The position numbers were made by a program, and so were the translations under genes. The notes below the pieces were generated by a model. It did not search any database. It had not been told where the DNA came from and was given only the letters and a program-made list of their open reading frames with translations. From the sequence record DRR378314_1434: DNA of 64,000 nucleotides; one strand, written 5' to 3'. Of the stretch, positions 38,102-46,041 are shown in pieces (within the stretch, counting starts at the first letter, position 1; each line of letters opens with the position of its first letter).

Positions 38102-38890
38102 TTAACGTCCTTTCCAGACAGGCTTGCGTTTTTCAACAAATGCTTTTCTGGCTTCCTGACTGTCTTCAGACGCAAAAGCCACCGCCATTGCATCCAAAGC
38201 CGTTGGCGGAACCTGTTTAAAGTTCATGCCCTCCACCCGGTACATCAATTCACGGGAAATTTTTAACGCAACGGGCGACATGCTGGCAATCTTCTCTGCC
38301 AGTTTTCGGGTCTCCGCCTCCAGTTTATCTCTGGGAACAACATCGGTCACCAGGCCCAGACGATCGGCCTCTGGGGCGGTAATCGGATCCCCAGTGAAAA
38401 TCAGTTTGGCGGCCTTCATGCGACCAATGAGTTCTTGTAAATGCCAGACATGCATACCCGGAGGCGCTGCCAGGTTAGGGACGCCGGGGTATCCGAAATC
38501 AGCATCCTCAGAGGCGATAATCATGTCGCAGGCGAAAGCGAGGGTACAGGCACCTTCGCGGGCATATCCGTGAACTGATGCAATAATTGGTTTATTCAAT
38601 CCTCTGACCCGCTCTACGGTTTTGATGTAGAAGAGAGACAGAAAATCTTTCATTTCTGTGGGCCCAAATTGCTGCAGGAATTTTAAATCAACACCGCCAG
38701 ATAGTCCTTTGCCACGACCGGATAGAATGATGACCCGAACGGTTTCATCCTGATCGGCTAGATCCAGCGCGTCCAGGTATTCATACGTCAGATCATAGTC
38801 GATCAGATTGGCAGGTGGGCGGTCGAGAATGATTTCCGCGATTGCACCACTGGTTCTGTATTCGAGAGTTTTAAAGGGTTTTTGAGGCAT
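38102..38890 (-). CDS. Enoyl-CoA hydratase/isomerase (crotonase) family protein
   Basis: LDRPPAN, SGGVDL, KPIIASVHGYA, LAFACDMIIAS, TGDPITA.EA..LGLV and FVEKRKPVWKGR. Confidence 0.9.
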   Translation of the reverse strand: MPQKPFKTLEYRTSGAIAEIILDRPPANLIDYDLTYEYLDALDLADQDETVRVIILSGRGKGLSGGVDLKFLQQFGPTEMKDFLSLFYIKTVERVRGLNKPIIASVHGYAREGACTLAFACDMIIASEDADFGYPGVPNLAAPPGMHVWHLQELIGRMKAAKLIFTGDPITAPEADRLGLVTDVVPRDKLEAETRKLAEKIASMSPVALKISRELMYRVEGMNFKQVPPTALDAMAVAFASEDSQEARKAFVEKRKPVWKGR

Positions 38891-39048
38891 TATTTCAATC
38901 GGATCGCTTCCGGAACGATCGCCTTTCTTGTTAATTGGCGTGGCGAATATTTTAAGCGAAATTGTTCCCAGTGCAAAGGGGTTGGTTGGTCGCCTGTCAC
39001 TTTATTTGCGAAAAAGATTTATCTTATTTAGGGAAAATTATTATGCGT

Positions 39049-39063
39049 TTAACAGCATATTAA
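39049..39063. promoter_or_regulatory. CtrA-type binding site upstream of the chemoreceptor gene
   Basis: TTAA-cagcata-TTAA (exact TTAA-N7-TTAA). Confidence 0.65.
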
Positions 39064-39177
39064 TCAATTGGGAGAAAAATTTAGAGTCAAATTTGGGGGA
39101 GTGCAAAATCTTCACGGGATAATGCACCGAAAGGAAACAATCGCGCTAGCGGTTAAAGTAAGGGATGTAGTTGTATC

Positions 39178-41973
39178 ATGCGAGCCAGCAGTAAACTCAA
39201 GGCCGGAGAGCTATTTGCCAATTCAGCTGTGTTGACAAATTTTAGAAACCTTAAAACGAAAACTAAAATTCTGATCGGAACCTGTGCACCTCTGATCCTG
39301 CTTGTGATTTTGGGATTGGTGGCAGGTCTGAACGTGAACGGGCTGGTTGAGACTAGTGTGACCCTTAATCAGACGCGTGAGTTGACATCCAAAGCGGCAC
39401 AAATTGAAACATCGGCGCTTCACATGGAATCAGGGATGCGCGGATATCTTTTGGCGGGTCAGGAAGATTTTCTAAATCCTTATGAAAAAGGGGAAGCGGA
39501 AACCTATGCTTTGATCCAATCGCTGCGAGAGGAAATCGGGGAAAGCAATCCAGCGCAAATTGACCGCCTGAACCAAATCGAGTCGATTCTGAAAGGCTGG
39601 CAGAAGGATGTTACGGAGCCAACCATTGCGCTTCGCCATCAGATCGGTGACGCGCCAACGATGAATGATATGGCCAGGTTGGTTGGTGAAGCTAAAGGTA
39701 AGGTCTTTTTCGAAAATTTTAGAAAAGAAATTAATGACTTTATCGAGGTTGAACATACCCTGTTAGAGCAGCGAAAAGAGGAATTTTCATCCGCTAAGAA
39801 CGCGGTTCGGGAACAGTTCAAGGTCGTGAAGGAAACGGCCTCTGCTGTTGAATATACCCAGAATATCTTATCTGCGGTCTCGCGTGTCAAAAACCTGATC
39901 ACAAAAATGCAGGCTGACCTACGGGGATACCTGATTGGCGGCAATGAAGATTTTCTGGAGACCTATCAGAGTGCAGAAGATTTGATGTTTGCAGAGCTTG
40001 AGGTCCTTGGCCTGGAAGTCGAAGCGGATGAGTCGCATTCTGAACGAGTGACCCAAGCTGATGATGCAATTTACGAGTGGATAGAGCGCGCTGTTAAGCC
40101 AGCCGTATCACTTCGTAAAGCGGTTGATAACGGGACAGGAAATTTATTGCAATTAAACGGCTTCTTATCAAGTGACGCTGGTGAGAAGGAACTTGAAGCT
40201 TTCAATGCAGCTCTTGGAGCTATCTCCCAGGCGGAAACAGAGCGAGTTCACTATAAAAAAGCGGATGCACTGGCGGCGGAACAAAAAGTTGAAGCCGGTC
40301 TTGCAACCATGATCATGAACGAAGAAAAAGTATCTGCTAGTACCAAAACCATTGAGGCAGCGCTGAATATTCTGACAGCTGCAGTAGATATGGAAACGGG
40401 AATGCGGGGATACCTGCTTTCAGGGCAGGACAGCTTCCTGACGCCATACACGGAGGGGAGCAAATCATTTAAACGGGCAATAGCGGATTTGAACGCCCGG
40501 GTAATGTTCCAGAATCCGGATCAGTCAGCGAAACTAACAAAGGCGTCTGAAATTATTGAAAGCTGGCAGACAGATGTGGTGGAAGGAATGATTGATCTTC
40601 GCCGAAGTATTGGTGATGCCAAAACCATGGATGATATGGCAGATCTGGTTGGCGAGGCTCGAGGTGAGAAATATTTTCAAGAGTTCCAGTCCGTTATTGG
40701 TGAGTTCCGCTCGGTTCTAGAGAACCAGATGGCGGAGAAATCCGAGACTGCCCGAAACACTGTTTTAAATACCTACATCATTATTGCCCTGTGTGTTCTT
40801 GGGGCCATAGGAATTGGCTTGTTACTGGCAATGCTGATCGGAAATGGAATTGCCAATCCGATCCGCAAAATGACATCCGCCATGAACGAATTGGCCAACG
40901 GAAATCTGGAAGCCGAAGTCCCTTCTTCTGAAACGAAGGACGAGATCGGCGAGATGGCAAAAGCGATGGGTGTCTTTAAAGACAATGCTCTTGAGACGGA
41001 GCGATTGCGTGAAGAAGCCGAAAATGCAGAGAAAGACCGTCAGGAGCGGGCTGCCCAGCGGGCAGAGGAAGAGAGGCGCCGCGAAGAAGAGGCGGAAGTT
41101 GAACGCCAGCGCCGAGAAGATGAGAACAGATCCAACCTGCTGCGCCTTGCTGATGAGTTTGAAAAATCTGTTGGTAGTATTGCGGGTGCAGTTGATGCTG
41201 CTGCGCGGGACATGCATTCCTCATCGGAGCAAATGCTGCAGGTGGTGGAAGAAACAACGTCACAAACTTCCAGTGCACTGGGATCGGCGGAACAGGCATC
41301 TTCCAACGTGAAGACGGTTGCCTCTGCTGCAGACGAAATGTCAAGCTCTATCCGGGAAATCAGCCAGCAGGTGGCGCAATCCACGCGCGTTGCAGGGGAC
41401 GCGGTGAAACAGGCAGATGATACGCATCAACAGGTCAGATATCTTGTGGAGTCGTCACAAAAAATCGGCGAAGTCGTTGAGTTGATTACTGATATCGCCG
41501 AGCAAACTAATCTTCTTGCGCTGAACGCGACAATCGAAGCCGCGCGCGCGGGAGATGCCGGAAAAGGTTTTGCGGTTGTGGCAGCAGAAGTGAAAAATCT
41601 GGCTAATCAGACTGCCCGGGCAACAGAAGAGATTTCCAATCAAATCAGCGGTATTCAAGGCGCTACGAAGGAATCCGCAGATGCAATTCAGGGTATTTCC
41701 ACAATTATCGGGCAAATGGATGAAATCTCGGCTGCGATTGCAGCGGCGATTGAAGAACAGACAGCCTCTACCGAGGAAATCTCAAGAAGCGCTGGTGACG
41801 CGGCAACGGGAACCAATGAAGTGACGACCAACATTTCAAATGTAACACGGTCGGCAGAAGAGACCGGTTCTGCTGCCAGTCACATTCTTGATCAGTCTTC
41901 AACCCTGGCGGAGCGCTCTTCCGAGCTGAACACAGAAGTGTCCAACTTTCTGAAAACGGTCCGTTCTGCGTAA
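39178..41973 (+). CDS. Methyl-accepting chemotaxis protein with three CHASE3-like repeats, HAMP and signalling domain
   Basis: Three RGYL(L/I).G...FL..Y motifs; TM1 and TM2; [13 protein letters not shown]; hairpin [34 protein letters not shown]. Confidence 0.93.
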   Translation: MRASSKLKAGELFANSAVLTNFRNLKTKTKILIGTCAPLILLVILGLVAGLNVNGLVETSVTLNQTRELTSKAAQIETSALHMESGMRGYLLAGQEDFLNPYEKGEAETYALIQSLREEIGESNPAQIDRLNQIESILKGWQKDVTEPTIALRHQIGDAPTMNDMARLVGEAKGKVFFENFRKEINDFIEVEHTLLEQRKEEFSSAKNAVREQFKVVKETASAVEYTQNILSAVSRVKNLITKMQADLRGYLIGGNEDFLETYQSAEDLMFAELEVLGLEVEADESHSERVTQADDAIYEWIERAVKPAVSLRKAVDNGTGNLLQLNGFLSSDAGEKELEAFNAALGAISQAETERVHYKKADALAAEQKVEAGLATMIMNEEKVSASTKTIEAALNILTAAVDMETGMRGYLLSGQDSFLTPYTEGSKSFKRAIADLNARVMFQNPDQSAKLTKASEIIESWQTDVVEGMIDLRRSIGDAKTMDDMADLVGEARGEKYFQEFQSVIGEFRSVLENQMAEKSETARNTVLNTYIIIALCVLGAIGIGLLLAMLIGNGIANPIRKMTSAMNELANGNLEAEVPSSETKDEIGEMAKAMGVFKDNALETERLREEAENAEKDRQERAAQRAEEERRREEEAEVERQRREDENRSNLLRLADEFEKSVGSIAGAVDAAARDMHSSSEQMLQVVEETTSQTSSALGSAEQASSNVKTVASAADEMSSSIREISQQVAQSTRVAGDAVKQADDTHQQVRYLVESSQKIGEVVELITDIAEQTNLLALNATIEAARAGDAGKGFAVVAAEVKNLANQTARATEEISNQISGIQGATKESADAIQGISTIIGQMDEISAAIAAAIEEQTASTEEISRSAGDAATGTNEVTTNISNVTRSAEETGSAASHILDQSSTLAERSSELNTEVSNFLKTVRSA

Positions 41974-42001
41974 CCCGGTAAGCAGTAATGGGACGGATGG
42001 T

Positions 42002-42529
42002 TTACAGCGCATCATGTTGTAAATACTGTCCCAATCGCTCGGCAATGTTTCCAAGCGCTGTCAGGCAGTTCTCTGCCCGATTTACGGGAAGGTACAAGGC
42101 GAGTTCCGTGACAAAATGGGTGGTGTCGCCTTTTTCAACCTGTTCGGCTTTTAAGCGCACAATATTACCGCCAAATTCACTGATGACTTCGGTGAAGCGG
42201 GCTAGTAGGCCGGGCTGATCAAGGCCGTCCAGCAGAACAATATGTGTGATATCTCGCGTCGGGATTTCCTGATCCGGCAAGCTCAGACGTTTGATATCAA
42301 TTTCCGCATGGGCTAGAGAGGAAAGGGTTCGAAGCTCCTCTGTGACGGTGCTTTCGCTTAAATCCACGGGAATTTCAATGAGGCTGGTCAGGCCCCCTCC
42401 CTCTCCGAGGCCGGCAAAGCTTGTATATCCAAGATTAATTCCTTGATCAGACAGAAGTCCCGTTACATCAGAGATCAAGCCTACCCGGTCGGGGGAGAAG
42501 ATGGTCAGCAAAGCTTTGTAGGTTGTCAT
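42002..42529 (-). CDS. Tandem ACT-domain protein (GcvR-like)
   Basis: SPDRVGLISDVT and GLDQPGLLARFT ACT repeats. Confidence 0.8.
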   Translation of the reverse strand: MTTYKALLTIFSPDRVGLISDVTGLLSDQGINLGYTSFAGLGEGGGLTSLIEIPVDLSESTVTEELRTLSSLAHAEIDIKRLSLPDQEIPTRDITHIVLLDGLDQPGLLARFTEVISEFGGNIVRLKAEQVEKGDTTHFVTELALYLPVNRAENCLTALGNIAERLGQYLQHDAL

Positions 42530-42621
42530 CTGTCTATCCAATCAAAAGCGAATTACCTGCGGATAGTAATATAGAACAAGTTACCGGGGCCACCCCTTAA
42601 ACATCAAAATTTCCATAGTTT

Positions 42622-42637
42622 CTAACCGGCTGTTAAC
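42622..42637. promoter_or_regulatory. Near-consensus CtrA-type site upstream of the MshEN-ATPase gene
   Basis: CTAA-ccggctg-TTAAC (one mismatch from TTAA-N7-TTAAC). Confidence 0.55.
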
Positions 42638-42711
42638 GAAAGATCGGTAATGTGGTTTTTAACTTTTGTTGGGCGCGTATCCCTTGCCCGATCACGCCGG
42701 AGTGGAAACTG

Positions 42712-44205
42712 ATGCTGATTAGCGACCTGTTATTGGCCCATGGCCTTGTTGCCAAGGAAGATATTGAGCTTGCATATCACCGCCAAAAAGAGACGGGTGG
42801 GCGACTGGGTGACAATCTGGTCGCACTTGGGGTGCTGAGCCAGGATCAATTGGACAAGGTTATTTTTGAGGCGCCCAAAGCGGCAAAAACTATTGAAGAA
42901 ACAGGAGTTCCCTTACCAAATCTGTTGCGACTTATGTTTAAGTCCATCTATGTGAACAGTTTGGAGACCGCTTCGGAATATGCCGCAGCGATCAAAATGC
43001 CGATCTCTGTGGTGCATCGCCTGATCAAGGAAGCGGCTGACCGGAAATATCTGGAAGCTCTTGGAACGGCAGATCAGACAAGCTTTTCAGAAAACCGCTA
43101 TGTGATGACCGAAGTCGGCCGTCGTTTTGCGCTGGAATCTCTGCAGCAAAATCAATATGTGGGTCCGGCGCCGATATCGCTGGAAGCTTACCAAGAGAGA
43201 ATTCTGCAGCAGAAAATTACCAACGAGCGGGTTTCGAAAGACAAAATCGCGGAAAGCTTCGAAAATCTGGTTATTGCGGATGACTTTGTTAGGCGGTTGG
43301 GTCCCGGCATTAATTCCGGCAAGAGCATTTTGCTTTACGGTCCGCCGGGTAACGGGAAAACAACCGTTGCTGAAAAAGTCGCTGCGATTTTTGCGAATGT
43401 TATTTATGTGCCTTATTGCTTTGAAGTCGATGGGCAGATCATCAAGGTTTTTGATCCCGCGATACATAAGCCATTGCTGCCATCAGAAAATGAAGGTTTT
43501 CGGGCCGGATTGCGCCGTGAAGAATTTGATGGGCGCTGGGTTCCCTGTGAGCGGCCGATTGTCATTACCGGTGGTGAGCTGACATTGGAAATGCTTGATT
43601 TGAGCTATAACGTCAGTGCCAAATATTATGAGGCACCGCTTCATGTAAAAGCGTCCAACGGTACCTTTATCATTGATGATTTTGGACGTCAGCTGGTTAG
43701 CCCGGAAGAACTATTGAACCGGTGGATTGTCCCACTGGAAAGCCGCATAGACTTCTTGAAATTGCATACCGGTAAAAGTTTTCAGCTGCCATTCGATGAG
43801 TTGGTGATTTTCTCGACCAATTTGGCGCCAGATGATTTGATGGACCCGGCCTTTTTACGACGGATCCCTTACAAACTGGAAACTATCGGGCCCAACGAAG
43901 ATCAATATTATGAAATCTTCAAGGCTGTCGCTGCCTCTCGTGGGTTGGAAATGACGCAGGAGATCCTCAATATTGTTCTGGAGGAATTGCAGGTGAAAAA
44001 TAAATTTGACCTTGCCTGCTATCAGCCGAAATTCATCATCGATCAGGTAGTTGCATCCTGCAAATATATGGGAAGCCCCCCGCATTTCACCGAGGAAATG
44101 GTCGTGGATGCATTGAAAAACCTATATACGTCTGATAGTGCGACTTCTGCTCATCCGACTGCTGCGAAGTCACAGAAACCGGATCAGATTGCCGCCTTAG
44201 GGTAG
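42712..44205 (+). CDS. AAA+ ATPase with an N-terminal MshEN-like (c-di-GMP-binding) domain
   Basis: RLGDNLVALGVLSQDQL motif; Walker A GPPGNGKT; FIIDDFGRQ; FSTNL; AFLRRI. ATG 42712 follows GGAGTGGA. Confidence 0.8.
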   Translation: MLISDLLLAHGLVAKEDIELAYHRQKETGGRLGDNLVALGVLSQDQLDKVIFEAPKAAKTIEETGVPLPNLLRLMFKSIYVNSLETASEYAAAIKMPISVVHRLIKEAADRKYLEALGTADQTSFSENRYVMTEVGRRFALESLQQNQYVGPAPISLEAYQERILQQKITNERVSKDKIAESFENLVIADDFVRRLGPGINSGKSILLYGPPGNGKTTVAEKVAAIFANVIYVPYCFEVDGQIIKVFDPAIHKPLLPSENEGFRAGLRREEFDGRWVPCERPIVITGGELTLEMLDLSYNVSAKYYEAPLHVKASNGTFIIDDFGRQLVSPEELLNRWIVPLESRIDFLKLHTGKSFQLPFDELVIFSTNLAPDDLMDPAFLRRIPYKLETIGPNEDQYYEIFKAVAASRGLEMTQEILNIVLEELQVKNKFDLACYQPKFIIDQVVASCKYMGSPPHFTEEMVVDALKNLYTSDSATSAHPTAAKSQKPDQIAALG

Positions 44206-44217
44206 TCGTGGGACGTT

Positions 44218-44880
44218 TCAGGCAAATTCCTTGGCTTGAAGAACTGCTTGCGTCCGGTTTGAGACCCCGAGAATTCGGAAAATAGCTGTGATGTGGACCT
44301 TTACTGTGCTTTCCGCGAGGTTCAGGGCACCAGCGATATCCCGGTTTGAATGACCTTCTGACATCAGGTCCAGAACATGTCGTTGCCGGCGAGTAAGGGA
44401 TTCTGGTCCTTTGCTGCCACCAATAGTTGCTGTTGGCTTTCGCCTGGTGGGGAAAGAAGTCTTTTCTGGCTGTGCATCAGACCCGTTGAAGATTTGCGCA
44501 GGTATATATTTGCCACCGGAAAGCACCAGGCGAATGGCACTCAACAGGACCTCACGGCTGGAAGATTTGGGAATGAAACCTTCAGCGCCCAAATTTAAGA
44601 CTTTTGACATATCCATCGTGTCTTCAAGCCCGGAGATGATCACCAGATTGATATCCGGGTATTTTTGTTTGAGATCCTGAATGGCTTCTTCGTAAACCAT
44701 GCCTGGCATACATAGGTCCAGCAGGATGAGATCTGGTAAAATATCAGCTTCAGACAAGGCAACTTGCAACTCATTGAAATTACAGCAGTCTGTTATATCT
44801 ACATGCTCGTCCAGCTGTTTTAAAAGACCTGCCAGAGCCATGCGATAAAGCGGATGATCATCAGCCAAAAATATATTCAT
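44218..44880 (-). CDS. NarL/FixJ (LuxR-HTH) family response regulator, orphan
   Basis: LADDH, LLDLCMP, GFIPK; HTH LTRRQ..VL.LM..G.SNRDIA..L...ESTVKVH. Confidence 0.92.
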   Translation of the reverse strand: MNIFLADDHPLYRMALAGLLKQLDEHVDITDCCNFNELQVALSEADILPDLILLDLCMPGMVYEEAIQDLKQKYPDINLVIISGLEDTMDMSKVLNLGAEGFIPKSSSREVLLSAIRLVLSGGKYIPAQIFNGSDAQPEKTSFPTRRKPTATIGGSKGPESLTRRQRHVLDLMSEGHSNRDIAGALNLAESTVKVHITAIFRILGVSNRTQAVLQAKEFA

Positions 44881-44948
44881 TACATCGATTTCTAGTTAAA
44901 TTATTTCGCCAATAATCTAACACGTATCAGATAAGCTGTATAGGCAAA

Positions 44949-44964
44949 TTAACTTTTTGTTAAC
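44949..44964. promoter_or_regulatory. Perfect CtrA-type binding site upstream of the NarL regulator
   Basis: TTAA-ctttttg-TTAAC. Confidence 0.7.
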
Positions 44965-44996
44965 AAAGATTGTCGGCTGATTAGATTTGAGTTGAA

Positions 44997-45737
44997 TTAG
45001 CACTTAAGTTGCAACCTGCCAGTCGGGATAATCAAACGGGCAAAAGATAAAATACGGCTTCCGTGCCAAGTTCTGCGGGTAATCTGTATACAGGGAGCAT
45101 TCGCCTCTATGTCCAGAAAATGCTGGACTTCCTGTTGAGCTAAAATGGCGCTCACCTGGCTCTCATGAGAGAGTAAAGTGCAGTTTTTCTGGAAATAACA
45201 ATCAACTGTGGTTTCTGTAAAATTGAAGTCCAGCATTGCGGGCGCCAGATCTGAGACCGTGTACCGATCTTCCAGAACGATGGGTAAACCACTTCCCTGG
45301 TGGATGAAATAGGATCGAATAATATTCTCATTCTCTTTGATCCCTAATCTGAGCGAATATTCCGCCGTCACTGGTTCAAGCTGAAAAAACTGGGGAATGC
45401 AACGATAGGTGTTACCAGCAGCTTCAATGGTTTCCCGAATATCCTGTAGCAACACAGAAGTCCCGTTCTGTTTCCGTTGAAGGGCTACAAACGTGCCCAC
45501 GCCTTGAATGCGTGTGAGATAACCATCTCTTGTGAGTTCTCTCAGAGCCCGGTGGATTGTCATCCGCGACATATTTAAATCATTGACCAGGCGATGCTCC
45601 GATGGGATTTGGGAGTTGATTGGCCAAGTCCCGGTATCAATATGCGAGAGGACGTACGCTTTCACTTGTTCATATAATGGCTTTGGACTGCTCTTGGCGT
45701 CAGTTAGATGATTTCGGTTGTCTGTTATCTCATGCAT
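44997..45737 (-). CDS. GntR/HutC family regulator with UTRA domain
   Basis: PLYEQVK, IPSE..L....MSRMTIHRALREL..G.L.R.QGVGTFV, and C-terminal PC.QITRRTW. Confidence 0.88.
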   Translation of the reverse strand: MHEITDNRNHLTDAKSSPKPLYEQVKAYVLSHIDTGTWPINSQIPSEHRLVNDLNMSRMTIHRALRELTRDGYLTRIQGVGTFVALQRKQNGTSVLLQDIRETIEAAGNTYRCIPQFFQLEPVTAEYSLRLGIKENENIIRSYFIHQGSGLPIVLEDRYTVSDLAPAMLDFNFTETTVDCYFQKNCTLLSHESQVSAILAQQEVQHFLDIEANAPCIQITRRTWHGSRILSFARLIIPTGRLQLKC

Positions 45738-45852
45738 TTAGAAACCCTCTGTTAGCAGTGAGGGTAAGACGTCTATTTTTTCAATTTGTGATGACCGTCA
45801 AATTTTTCTGCTGAAAATAGCTTGAATGATCGTTCCAAATAAATATACTTAC

Positions 45853-45938
45853 GGTATTGATCGATACCATCTACACACATCGGTTGCTGATCAACAGGAC
45901 CTGCTTCGAATTTTTGCGCCCCTCGAAGCAGGTCTTTT
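45853..45938 (+). ncRNA. Candidate orphan small RNA (about 85-90 nt)
   Basis: Sigma70-like TTGAAT-N16-TATACT at 45822-45849, two small hairpins, then a 12-bp terminator stem with a U-tract; no ORF inside. Confidence 0.5.
45898..45938 (+). terminator. Intrinsic terminator upstream of htpG with no protein gene to terminate
   Basis: gacctgcttcga-N13-tcgaagcaggtc-tttt (perfect 12-bp stem). Confidence 0.75.
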
Positions 45939-45972
45939 CATTTCATCTTTTTACTTCACTCGTGAATGATCT

Positions 45973-46002
45973 CTTGATCCTTCCGCGCCTTATCTTCATA
46001 TA
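45973..46002 (+). promoter_or_regulatory. RpoH (sigma32)-like promoter of htpG
   Basis: CTTGAT ... CTTCATATA about 40 nt before the htpG ATG, resembling alphaproteobacterial CTTG-N17/18-C(C/T)TATAT. Confidence 0.5.
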
Positions 46003-46041
46003 AAGGCTACCAACAATTCATTGGTAAGAGGTTTGAAAAAG

